DNA from: Negaprion brevirostris
Lineage: Eukaryota
Length of the DNA stretch: 64,000 nt
Assembly (NCBI GenBank): GCA_030324005.1
Contig: JARDVH010000025.1
Location: 73,962,150-74,026,149, forward strand
Reading direction: 5' to 3'
Part shown: positions 24,602 to 37,313 of the stretch, in pieces
How positions within the stretch are numbered: position 1 is the first letter of the stretch
Layout of the letters: every line of letters begins with the position of its first letter
The notes under the pieces: generated by a model
What the model saw: only the letters and a program-made list of their open reading frames with translations
Told to the model about the DNA's origin: nothing
The model's database searches: none
Made by a program: the position numbers and the translations under genes

Positions 24602-27569
24602 GTAAGGTTTGACTATTGTCAGGTTAGACATTTTGTCCTGCAACAATCGCCAAGTTAACAAAGTGGCAATTCCTGCAGAGAGCAGTGAAATTTATAATTA
24701 CTTCAATTCTAACAAAATAAAGGCCCAAATCTTCCAATCAGCATTGGAACTCCTGTGTGTGATGCTGATCAAACAGAAAACTACCCACTTATCTGCAAAC
24801 ATTATTTTCTGTTAAATCTCCTGATGGTGTTGCTCTTTGAAAACCTCACCCCCTTTTTACAACTTTGGCTACCATAATCAAAGGCCCTAATAGCAATGTG
24901 GGTGCACCTATTTCACATGGACTGCAGCAGTTAAAGAAGAGAGCTCATCACCACCTTCTGAAGAGCAATCAGGGGTGGGCAATAAATACTGGTCTAGTCC
25001 ACGACATCCACATCCCAATAATTAATTTTTGAAAAGTGTTTGAAGGTACCCAAGCTTCTCAGTGTATTAATGATTGAGTGGATGGATGAGTGACTGAGGG
25101 GTTAGGGTGGTTGGAAGGGTGAAGGGGACGAGTGATTGGAGGGCAGGTCAGGGTGGGGAGTAAGGAAGTGATCGGAGGAGGGTCAGTTAGGTGTTTGAGG
25201 GTGGGGTGATAGTTGGGTAGATCGGTGGATTGGAGGGCTGCGGTAGGGCAGTCAGGTAGTCAAGGAGTGGGAGTCGACAGGTCCAGGAGGGAGTTAGCAG
25301 GGGTTAGTAGTATAATTAGCTGGGAGTTAGAACAGGCTTTAATCCTTCTAAATTTTCCTGGCTTGTTATTGTGCTAAGTGAATTAGATTCATCCAAAGTC
25401 TCCACTTTAAAATGGAGGGTTCCAGGTATAGGATAATTACCCAATAGAAGTTGAAACTTCCCAAACAATCCTCAAGAGGCTTTTGTATGGGGACATTTGA
25501 CAGCTTCTCCTTTGAGGTATTACTCTCCAGAAAACAGAAGATCTTTTTGATGCACAAAGGAGTGCAGCGCAGAGGATTCCATTCAGCCCATTCTGCCATT
25601 AGATATTTAGTGTGTGCTGATCAGACACAATAACAAGCTTTATTTTAACCTATGTGGATGTTTTCTTCTCATAGCTGGAGTCCTTGGTTCAAATCCCTCC
25701 ATTGTTCTGTGTTGGAACCTCAGTTATATGTCAGGTGAATTTTCAGTTGTCAATTGCACCACCAGATGGCATGAGGCACCATAAAGTATCTTAATCAAAT
25801 CTCCTGCTGGTTGATTTATCCGCCATCCCTCCCCTCCCCCTTCCCCAGCTGAATGAAAGATGTTAACATTAAAATGTGCTGATTGTAACACAGCTATGGA
25901 TAAGCATTGAGCAGAAAGGAACAGCACTGTGGAGTTGAACAAACTTCGCCAAAATGTTTTACTAAAACGGTTCCTCAAGAAAGAAGAATTTCCAATAACC
26001 AAGGGGACTGTGTAATCACCAGCTGACACTCCTTCCCTCTGCACTTCCCACCTCACAGCACCACCCCCCAATAATGAAGCAGAAATTAACTTCCCATGTC
26101 ATTGACAGAGAAATGTTTGGGAGGACAGAAATGATAAAACCTTCTTTAAACTTGAAGCCTTACCTGTACATATACAGCTTTGGGATTATTTTTACTGGGA
26201 ATGTACCTTGTGATAAAAGCAACTCCTTTGATCACAGGATACATTCCCAGNNNNNNNNNNNNNNNNNNNNNNNNNNNNNNNNNNNNNNNNNNNNNNNNNN
26301 NNNNNNNNNNNNNNNNNNNNNNNNNNNNNNNNNNNNNNNNNNNNNNNNNNNNNNNNNNNNNNNNNNNNNNNNNNNNNNNNNNNNNNNNNNNNNNNNNNNN
26401 NNNNNNNNNNNNNNNNNNNNNNNNNNNNNNNNNNNNNNNNNNNNNNNNNNNNNNNNNNNNNNNNNNNNNNNNNNNNNNNNNNNNNNNNNNNNNNNNNNNN
26501 NNNNNNNNNNNNNNNNNNNNNNNNNNNNNNNNNNNNNNNNNNNNNNNNNNNNNNNNNNNNNNNNNNNNNNNNNNNNNNNNNNNNNNNNNNNNNNNNNNNN
26601 NNNNNNNNNNNNNNNNNNNNNNNNNNNNNNNNNNNNNNNNNNNNNNNNNNNNNNNNNNNNNNNNNNNNNNNNNNNNNNNNNNNNNNNNNNNNNNNNNNNN
26701 NNNNNNNNNNNNNNNNNNNNNNNNNNNNNNNNNNNNNNNNNNNNNNNNNNNNNNNNNNNNNNNNNNNNNNNNNNNNNNNNNATCCCATTGCACCAGAGCA
26801 GGTCCATTTGCCGCATCCTATTGTTCTTCTCATTGACCAGTGGACCCCTGTGGCTAATTACCAAATTGTCACGAGTGAAAAGGAGAACAAAACAGTGAAT
26901 GCTGGACGTGTTCGGTAAAATCGGAAATATAGGTACATGATCATCTGAAGAGGAAAATGAAAGTTAGGGTCATGTTTTGGGATGGACCTTTCACTCAAAA
27001 TTAGAGATTGGAACATAAACCAACTTCTAGTTGGCACCAGTCAAAATAAAGGAGAAGGAAGAAGAACAAATGAAAACACATGCCTTTTACAGTGATGCAA
27101 TTCCCAGGTTTCACTGGGCTCAAGTCAGGATTGTCCAGATAGATAGATGTCATTTTGCAGCAAAGCTGCTGCCCAGTCTGTGTCTAGTCTCCCTGTGGTC
27201 TATTGGAGGCAGAACTGTGAGCTGTGAATACTGATTAGAGTGTGACTTTCAATTTGGCAGAGGCTACACTAAGCAGGTGGAGAGCTACAGATAGCGGAGA
27301 AGTCATGGCCCGAGGACATTACTTATTTCTACTGGAAATGATTGTGAGGCACATCTGGTGACAAATTTGTCAGTGAAACCTGGCGGCAGAGACAAATAGA
27401 GGTTGAGGTTTTCAGTTCATTTTTAATTCTCTGGTTGATATCTCTGAATGGCGGAAGGGGCAAGAATATCTCGCTGAAAAGCGGATATGTCCTCTCTCCT
27501 CTGACCAACATTTGCTCTGTGCCAACACCACCCCTACATTTACTTCCTGCTGGTGATAATTCCTCTGTA

Positions 27570-29060
27570 GGAACACACAAGCTAGGAGTAGGAGGAGGCC
27601 ATTTGGCCCTTTGAGACTGCTCTGCCACTCATTACGATCATGGCTGATCGTCCAACTCAAAAATTTAATCCNNNNNNNNNNNNNNNNNNNNNNNNNNNNN
27701 NNNNNNNNNNNNNNNNNNNNNNNNNNNNNNNNNNNNNNNNNNNNNNNNNNNNNNNNNNNNNNNNNNNNNNNNNNNNNNNNNNNNNNNNNNNNNNNNNNNN
27801 NNNNNAAATGTCTCCTCACCTCCATTCTAAATGATCTACGTTGAATCCTCAGACTGTGACCCCTGATTCTGGACTCTCCCATCATTGGGAGTATCCTCCC
27901 TGTATCTACCCTATTTTATAAAATTCTACGAGATACCCCCTTATTTGCGTGAACTCCAGTGAAAGCAATCTCACCTCGTACATCAGTCCCGCCGTTCCGG
28001 GAATCAGCCTGGTAACCTTCACTGCACTCCTCGAGAGAATGTACTTTCTCAGAAGAGGAGACTAAAACTGCACGTGATATTGTAGGTATGGCCTCACCAA
28101 GGCCCTGTATAATTACAACACATCCCTACTCCCGTATCAAAACATCTCGCAATGAAAGCCAACATACCATTTGTTTTCTTTACCGCCTGCTGCTCCTGCA
28201 TGTTTACCTTCAGCACCTGGTGCACAAGGACACCCAGCTCCCACTGCACACTCACTCTCCCAATTTACAGCCGTTCAGGTAGTAGAATCTGCCATCTTGT
28301 TTTTGCTTCCAAAATGAATAGCCTCACATTTATCCAAATTATGCTGCACCTGCCTTTGATTTGCCAACTCACCCACCTGCCCAGATCATGCTGAAGGATC
28401 TCTGCATCCTCGTTACAGTTCACCCTCCTACCCAACTTCATATTATCAGCAAACTTTGAGATTTTACATTTTCTTCCCTTCTCCAATTCGTCAATATAGT
28501 GAGTAGCTGGCGTCACAGCACCGATCCCTGTGACACCTACTAGTCACTGTCTGCCAACTTGAAANNNNNNNNNNNNNNNNNNNNNNNNNNNNNNNNNNNN
28601 NNNNNNNNNNNNNNNNNNNNNNNNNNNNNNNNNNNNNNNNNNNNNNNNNNNNNNNNNNNNNNNNNNNNNNNNNNNNNNNNNNNNNNNNNNNNNNNNNNNN
28701 NNNNNNNNNNNNNNNNNNNNNNNNNNNNNNNNNNNNNNNNNNNNNNNNNNNNNNNNNNNNNNNNNNNNNNNNNNNNNNNNNNNNNNNNNNNNCCCTTCGT
28801 AAATCCATGCTGACTCTGTTTGATCCTACCGCTGCTTTCTAAATGCTCCACTGTAAAGTCCTTAATGATGGATTCGAGAATTTTCCTCACTACTGATGTT
28901 AGGCACACTGGCCTATAATTCTCTGCTTTCCCCCTCGTTTCTGTTTTGAATACTGGAGTGACATTAGCTACCCTCCAATCTACAGGGACTCCAGTATGGC
29001 TCCTGCTCCAAATTCTGCTTTTACCCACTGGCTGGATGTCATCTGCACCGATCTTTTTAA
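27570..29060 (-). mobile_element. CR1/HER1 LINE (RT region to tail) with N-gaps
   Basis: Minus-strand ORFs: VPVDWRVANVTPVFK...ENYRPVCLTSVVRKILESIIKD...SQHGF; CKISKFADNMKLG; ESRIRGHSLRI; tail near 27570-27650. Confidence 0.92.
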
Positions 29061-29389
29061 ACTTGTCCACTTCCACTATAAACTAGATTGCAAATTGTAA
29101 ATAGTTTAGCCTATCCATGTGTTTATGGATTATGTTCAAAAGGTTTCTACTACAAACATAGGCCTGCAGTAGAGATATTCTTAGATTTGTTGGTGTCAGG
29201 CATTCCCGTAACAGGCTGTCATATCCCTTTTGGTCAAGGTGTTGTCACACAACCCAATATTTACCTACAAAAGAGCACCACTCTGGTGATGCAACAGTGC
29301 AGCTCCATGACGTTAAAATTGAATGGTCAGATGTGCTTTCACATGCGCTCCTCCAGTTTTTCAGTCAATTAACTTGTTGTACCTTAGCA

Positions 29390-29690
29390 GTTAAGGACAG
29401 AAACTGCTGGAAAATTCCTAATTCCTATGTTCCCAATGAAAAGCCCAGTAGGACTGACAGTATCTTCAGAATTAATGTTTTGGCTCTTCTCTCCTGCTCT
29501 CTAACTTATCCCTGATCTTTCTTTTTTTTTGACCTGACCCTCTCCCTCTTTCAATAACACAAAACCCAACACAATTTTACCTCTCTTCAGTTACGAAGAA
29601 GAGTCATATTGGATTCAAGATGTTAACTCTGCAAAGATGCTGCCAGACCTGTTGAGTCTTTCCAGAACTTTGTTTTTATTTCAGAGGGAT
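29390..29690. mobile_element. Penelope-like terminal repeat remnants
   Basis: cagaaactgctggaaaattc at the left; ttcagttacgaagaagagtcatattggattcaagatgttaactctg...gatgctgccagacctgttgagtctttccag at the right. Confidence 0.55.
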
Positions 29691-32318
29691 TTTCTGATTC
29701 CCCTCTTAGAACTTTACAGCTAAGCATTTACACAGTCAATGTCCAGAGGTACAACTTCCCCTGGGTAATTGCCCTACACCGTGAGCCATTCAAAAATGCG
29801 ATTCAAATCACAAACGTTGTATGATACTACCAAGGCTACACTAATAGTTACTCTGAAAAAATTAGAAGAAATAAAACTTCTTTTGATTTCTGGGTAACTA
29901 ATATTCAAATCAGTCCCCATATGAGATGACCCCACCAGCTGAGCTCCCGTAGAAATCCCCCGATCACCAACTTTCATCCTCAATGTGACCTGATCCCATG
30001 AGCTAGCTGAATTTTTTCTCTGCCCTGGATCACNNNNNNNNNNNNNNNNNNNNNNNNNNNNNNNNNNNNNNNNNNNNNNNNNNNNNNNNNNNNNNNNNNN
30101 NNNNNNNNNNNNNNNNNNNNNNNNNNNCTCCACAAACGCCTCCACCACCACCACCCCCACAAATGCAACCCTCCCACCCAAATGTCCAAATGCCACCCAC
30201 CGGCCCCTGATGTCCAAAATACTGCCCCCCCACCACCTCCAATACCCCAATTCCTATCCACTTATCTTCTCCCTGGCCATCAATTTAAATTGGATCTATA
30301 AACCCATCTGCTTTATGGCAGCGGTACCCTGAAAATGGGGGTGTGTCCTCCCTCACTCCAACTTTCTTTGGCTTCAGTGCTGGGCCTCAGAGTCAGCTGT
30401 GCTGCCAGGATTTTGCCTGTGAATGTTTGGCTGGGTTTCAAAAACTTTTTGCTCAGAAGGTAATCTTAAAACTTCTGAAACTTTTAGGTGCTTATAATAA
30501 AAATATACTTTTGATAAGGTTCCTTGTTTGTTCACAAACCTAATCAGCATTTCAAGAACTACAAGGTTTTTCCCCTTGTGTTTTTTTTTTAGATTCCTGT
30601 TAGTATTCAGGAATTTCTTGGATTGCTAGAGGTTTCACGTTTTTCCAATGATTTAAAAATATCTTGCTGTTGTATGGCCCCTGAGGAATATACATGGTGC
30701 AAACTGGTTGACTAAATATGAGCAAGAATGGAGGACACATGGGGATATATATCGGGCATGTGGCATTTGTAATTTGAGGGGCATGGAGGGGGCTGGGTAG
30801 GTGTCAATGAGGTTTAGGGAGCCTTTAAACAACTTTGGAATTTGGCTGCTGTGTCGGGGACCAAGGCAGGCCTCATCCTCTATAAATCTGACACCTGAGT
30901 GAAAAGACTTGTGAAGTCACACATGAGTTGGGCGTGCAGCTTTGGTGACGTGAAAGTGCACAGGTCAGGTTTTCCCAATCCCAGCAATGATTCATCCCAG
31001 AGTTTAATGGTAAATCTATTGCTACAGTTCAGACAAACCTTTAATTTGATTTGGAATTTATAACTTTGCTGGAGTTATAGTCGGAGTATAATCCTGTTTT
31101 CTTTTCATGTTTATTCCTTAATTAACATTTTGAAACCAAATTTATACAGTCTACAGTTTATACAAAATTATGGCCTACTGGTTTGGGAAAAGTGGTGATT
31201 TACCCTCATGCAAGTTCTTGTGTGTGGATCTGAATGTGTGAGATATGTACGTTGCTTTGAGATGCAGCAGAAAAGTGATTAATTCCATCAGTATTGTATT
31301 ATCGAGAAAAAGTGAGAGACAAGCAAAGGGCCAACGTTTGTGTGTGCAATACCTACACAAACGCAACAAGGACTGCTAGAAATAATCTCTTCTGCAACCT
31401 GGCATGAATCCAGTTTGTTAATATATCTTTATATTAAAGTTTGTGAATATATCTTTATATTAAAGATATATTAACAAACAACATTCTTTATAATTGTCCA
31501 CCATTTAAAAGTCTGCACAAAAGCCCTTAATGTAACAATATGTAGGCTTTTCATAATGAAAAATGCAATTCACGAATCTATTAAATTGTTGTTTCTAATT
31601 ATTGTTCTATCACTCTGAAAAATGTAGCCATTTTAAAAAATAAATTGTAAATTAATGGTTTTCAGAGCGATTTTGAGAGGAATGGGCCATGTGCCTCACA
31701 ACTCTGGTAATTGGCCCTCAATTAGGGTTTGTTTTCCGATCCACACTCCAGACAATTTGGCTTATGACAGCAGATTTTTTATCAGCAGTGTCTGTCCTCA
31801 TGAATAAGTAACGAACCAGCTAGTTCTTCACAAACTGAAATCTGCTGGTATTTGGGGGAGAAAGGGCTTCATTTCTTTTCAGTGTGTCAACTGTTATTTG
31901 TATTTTTCTTGCAAAAGGAGTTCTTTTCTCAACAATTTCTACCGGCACACCTGCAACATGTCAACAGCAGTGCTCACAAAGCATCAGAAAAGAGATACTA
32001 CTCTTGGTTATCATTAAACAGGCGTTAACAGGAAGTGACATTTTTAATCCCAATTTATCGATGCAGTGCACGTGCAGAGCATTTTAAAACAAGGCACACA
32101 ATCTTTTTGGTACAAATCATCTTTAATGAATGAATTGTCATCGGACATCATAGCTGTGTTGACGAGAGGCATTGTTTCTGTTTGCGTCGCAGTGGAGGGC
32201 TGAAGCTGCCTTTTCGATACACAGTTTGGTGCTGAACCAGACAGTCTGAGTGCTTGAATTCCCCAGTGTTTTTTGAGAGAGACGAGGGCTTAATTTCTTT
32301 TGTCTGCTCATTCAACAG

Positions 32319-32415
32319 GCAAAGAAAAGACGAGCTGGAGCAGCGGATGTCAGCCTTACAAGAGAGTCGTCGTGAGCTGATGGTGCAGCTTGAAGGATTA
32401 ATGAAGCTGCTGAAG
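32319..32415 (+). CDS. DTNB: Beta-dystrobrevin internal exon, coiled-coil helix 2 (97 nt, phase 2 to 0)
   Basis: Acceptor tttctttgtctgctcattcaacag, donor aag|gtaagg. Translates [32 protein letters not shown]. Confidence 0.97.
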
Positions 32416-33769
32416 GTAAGGATTGTTCCCTGCTGCAATATAGACTGAATCCTTCATCTCCTGTGTGGATAGTGGATTTTATTCCCCTGTTTTATTGTTC
32501 TGCCCTGGCTTTGTTCTTGGCATTCACGTAATTCATTTACCAATTTTCCGTTCACATTATTAATTCATTAGATTATAATTGCAAAAATAATTATGCAGGC
32601 CTTTTTAGACCTGCCTTTCTGTGTATCCTTTGCAATGAAATGAACTCTTCGGCTAAGCACGGGACGGTTTCCATCTGAGGAATTGTGGTGACGTGCTAAA
32701 CCAGGAAATGGTGAGACAAGATTCATACTGGGACTCAAACTCTTGCCCCCATTCAGTAAGCGTGCAAAATGCAGCTATGCATCATCAGGTGATATGGGAG
32801 GAGGTCTGACAGTCCCTGGTAGAGGGTGCCACCCATGGTCCTTTTGTGTGTCTCCTAGCAGTTCAGTGAAGAGCTGAATTAGCATAACAGCTAAAACATG
32901 CTTAGCACCGAGCAGGATGTGGCAAGGCAAAACACAGAAATAGCTGCAAATTTGGGTGATTTTATATCATTGCTGCAACATATGTCGATAGCTCCTCTTC
33001 AGATCTTTTCTGAACCTTGTTTTACATTTCAGTTTCCTTCTCAATTGTCTGCACACAGCCATGTTTTCTACTAAGAATGTGCAATATCACAGTCAGATAT
33101 TTCACCTCTGCAGTCTACGCTGCATCAGATATATTGGAACTTTTAAAGGTGCACAGAGCTCCAATGTTGGTGTGTTAATGGCCCTGAAATTCTGTGCTGA
33201 TTCTCTTAATGCAGCTCCAGCTGATCTCCCTGCAGACTTGCAGTGGGATCCCCCACAAAATACTAAAGCCATCATTTCCTTTAGGAAAGCCGCAATGAAA
33301 GCCCTTCAGCTAAGTAAACACTTGGAGAGTTGTCCCGGCTGAACAGTGTCTGTTGCCAGCAATAATCTCTATCAAGGCATTTGTTTCTTACTGCTGTGGA
33401 TTTTCATTTCACAAGCCTGTGAAATTATTAATTACTACAGTGAGTGATACTGCAATAATGCTCACTTTTTTCACTGGTTATACAGCCCTGAATACCTTGT
33501 CCTCCTGTATTTGTTCTTGGGATTTGGTGATTCCGATGAGACGGTGCATATTCCTTCTCCCTTGGTGCCCTAAAGAAGTGGTGGTACATCTTTTTGAACC
33601 ATTATAGTCCATGTTATCTCATAATAGTGATTCCATAAAAGTGTTAGCCAGGGATTTTGATCTGGAAACAATCTTGGAATAACAATACTTTAAGCTGAGT
33701 TGATGTGTGACTTGGAGGAAATGTTTCCATTAAGCTGGGTAGCAATCTGAGTAGAGCAACATTAAAATG

Positions 33770-34360
33770 ACGAGCAGGAATAGGGACTTCATCTCCTCAA
33801 GCCTGATNNNNNNNNNNNNNNNNNNNNNNNNNNNNNNNNNNNNNNNNNNNNNNNNNNNNNNNNNNNNNNNNNNNNNNNNNNNNNNNNNNNNNNNNNNNNN
33901 NNNNNNNNNNNNNNNNNNNNNNNNNNNNNNNNNNNNNNNNNNNNNNNNNNNNNNNNNNNNNNNNNNNNNNNNNNNNNNNNNNNNNNNNNNNNNNNNNNNN
34001 NNNNNNNNNNNNNNNNNNNNNNNNNNNNNNNNNNNNNNNNNNNNNNNNNNNNNNNNNNNNNNNNNNNNNNNNNNNNNNNNNNNNNNNNNNNNNNNNNNNN
34101 NNNNNNNNNNNNNNNNNNNNNNNNNNNNNNNNNNNNNNNNNNNNNNNNNNNNNNNNNNNNNNNNNNNNNNNNNNNNNTTTACAAGAGAAACTCCTCATCT
34201 CTGGAATCAATCTAATGAACCTTCCCTGAATTGCCTCCAATGGCACAATAGCCCTCCTCAAAAAATGGGACCAAAATTGTATGCAATGAGTGATCTCACT
34301 CAATGCCGTGTATGTTTACAGCAACACTTCCTTACTTTTACTCTCTGTTCCTTAAAGTCC
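33770..34360 (-). mobile_element. CR1/HER1 LINE fragment spanning an N-gap
   Basis: ORF 33797..34303: HCIQFWSHFLRRAIVPLEAIQGRFIRLIPEMR. Confidence 0.75.
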
Positions 34361-34787
34361 CTACACAGGCTGTGCCAAATTCAGCCCCTTTAATTTACTG
34401 TGCATGTGTGGCCTTGCCAAAAAAAATGAAGAGACCATGCACTGAAAGAAATCACCAATGCACTCTCAAAAAAAGCATTAGAATTAACGTTGCTTTAGGG
34501 AGAATGAGAAGTAATGTTATTCCCATGAGCTTGCTGTTGCTCTATTTCTCAGTAGTAAAATTCATTGGATGGCGCAGTGCTTTTGCTGGTGTTGCTGCAA
34601 TAAATTGTTCACTTCGTGTATTGTGGCAGTACTGACAATGGAGAATATTAAATCAAAGAGCAAAGGCAATGATCAGCGAATGGTGTTCATGTTTCTTGAC
34701 AGGTGAATATTCCATCACACTCAGTCGTGACTTGAGTTTTTTTAAGTGATGGAAAGGTTTGAGGGATCATGAGGTGAACCCTTTGTT

Positions 34788-35202
34788 ATCACAGAATCCC
34801 TGCAGAAAAAGGCCTTTCAGTCTGTCAAGTCTGCCTCGACCACAGTCTCACCCAGGCCTTAATCCTGTCACCCACATGTTTACCCTGCTAATCCCCCGAC
34901 ATTTGGTCAACTTAGTATGGCCAATCAACCTAACCCACACATCTTTGGAGTGTGGGAGGAAACCCATGCAGACATGGAGAGAACATGCAAACTCCACACA
35001 GACCGTGATATNNNNNNNNNNNNNNNNNNNNNNNNNNNNNNNNNNNNNNNNNNNNNNNNNNNNNNNNNNNNNNNNNNNNNNNNNNNNNNNNNNNNNNNNN
35101 NNNNNNNNNNNAACTCCACACAGACCGTGATATGAGGCCGGAATTGAACTCGGGTCCCTCGTGCTCTGAGGCAGCAGAGCTAACCGCTGTGCCACCTTGC
35201 CC
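34788..35202 (-). mobile_element. HE1-type V-SINE with an internal 100-N gap
   Basis: tggccaatcaacctaacccacacatctttggagtgtgggaggaaac...gcaaactccacacagac; head ggaattgaactcgggtccc...gctaaccgctgtgccacc. Confidence 0.88.
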
Positions 35203-36670
35203 AAATCTGCAGTACCCAAATCTGCTCTGCTTGTGTGACTATGATTTTGAAATCATTTGACTTTTGGTCAGTTGTTAATAATATTATTGATGGAGACTTT
35301 GCAATGGTCATTTTATTGCAGAGCAGAGGTAGATGGTTGGGCAGAATGAGCCACAATTTACTCTAGTTAAACCTTGAGAATACTGAAGTCATTGTCTTTC
35401 AGCCCTCATCTCCAATTCTATCTTATTCCTTGGTCAATAAATCAGCATGATCCAGATTGTTTACAGTTTGGCATCTTGCTGAACTCTCCATCCCTAAGCC
35501 TTCTCTGTCACAAAGGCTTCTATTTCAAGCATCAAACATCTCTATCATAGTTTGGTTCATCTGCTGCTGCTGAAGCCTTTTGTTCTCTTGCTCCCTTTTC
35601 CGCTACCATTTACAAGCTGCAATTTTGGATGGGATCACCAAAAAGAATTCAAACACTGACGTGAAGAATTTTTACATTGTCACTAATTCTGATTAATTTT
35701 TCAAAAATTGAGGATTAAAACCGTGTTTCAACAGTGTTATCATGGTGTGAGCTACTTGCCATTATTGTCATCTTGGAGACCTATGGCAATGGTGCCTAGG
35801 CTGCTTCCGTTGTAAAATCTAACAATAAACAGTGAACATTGGTCCTTAACGTAACTCAATCACACAGAACGCACAACCATGTGGTAAAGCTGATCATATA
35901 AGACCGGGTGTGAACAAAATTAGGCACACCAGCTTCAGAAAAGAAAGAGAGAATAGGAAAACAGAATAAATTGTCAGAATCTGGTTTATTCTCTGATCAT
36001 CATTGATTTATTCATGGCACATGAAGATGAATAGATGATAAAACGTTCAGTGATCCCTATCAGTTTTGAAGATTATGAGGTATTTCCATCATTTTGCATA
36101 TCCTGAGCTGCTAAACTATCAACAAACAATGAGCAAGCTTTTAGACGTTGATGGCACAGATGACCTAAAATCAGGAAGTATGGAGTTAGCTTTCCATTTT
36201 AAGTTGTGCAGATCATGCTGAGACCTACATGAATATAGTTATATGTACATGCATCCACACAGCATGATGATGTACTCCTGGATCTATGTATCATTTCACT
36301 GAGGTACGGATGTATTTAAATCTCAGCATTACAAATGATTTAAATGAAACTGTCTAAACACGTCTAAAAATGCCTGAAGGTTTTTTCAGAATTAGCTCAC
36401 ATGACATCGTTTTTAACATGTTCAGCACAAAAGACATTTCAACATACACTGCTTTAAAGATCTGAAAATCATCTATGCCTGTTCCATAAATTCTGAGGTT
36501 GAAATCCAATTAGGTGCCCCAACAGTATTTTTTTGATATTGAAACAAAAAGCTAGGAAGTATCGCCAAGGGATATTAGAAATTGGCACTGTTTAATTGTA
36601 TGTATATGCGTATTTAATAAAGGTGCACATATTTAACTTTATTTTTGGATGATGTTTAGTTATTTGAGAT

Positions 36671-37313
36671 TGTGATGATGCCGTGTTATTGATATATTTT
36701 ATGTTTTAGGGGGATTGCTTTTTTACAGGGGGATCAGTTTGTTTGGAAGGAATGCAGCAGATGCTGCAAAGCAGGATAATTACTTATTTTAGCTGTGTGG
36801 CGTTTATTTAGCAGAAGGCTTGAGGGACTTTTGTTCGTTAATGGGAAAGGACCCCTTGTGCTTTCGGTTTCAATTTAGTTCAGTGGCTGGAGAGGACTGT
36901 TTATAGTTGGATGCCTGCAGGCTGCTCTCTCTCTGAAAAGTCTCTCGAGAACCTTCACAGCTGTTACTCCACTGTGAAGCAAGTATGCCTGGGTTCGCTA
37001 ACCATATTTAAAGTGGGGTTAAGTCTATGGAAAATTGTTGCTGACATGGAATTGAAATCGTGATCAGTTAGAAATTAGAGGGATTTTTTTTCCACGTTTA
37101 AAGATTGCTCAACTGTTAAGAATCATACTGTTTAATTTTGTTTGAGCTATATTTATGTTATGAATAAAGCTTGTTTTGATTAACGTAACTCAAATTTGTC
37201 AATGGAATTACACCTGGAGCAAAGCATCCTATCCTTGCGTGTATGCAAAAAGAAATTGGGGTCTAATCTGACTTGATAATGTATCCTGGGGGTTTGGGTC
37301 TGGCACTGTAGCA
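36671..37313 (+). mobile_element. Solo LTR (643 bp), probably Gypsy-type
   Basis: Begins TG (tgtgatg), ends CA (ctgtagca), flanked by a 4-bp direct repeat AGAT at 36667-36670 and 37314-37317. Internal AATAAA near 37163. Confidence 0.7.

Noticed and set aside
34990-35133. Direct repeat aactccacacagaccgtgatat on both sides of a 100-N gap
   Set aside because: Typical of overlapping contig ends joined by a fixed-size gap; most likely an assembly artefact.
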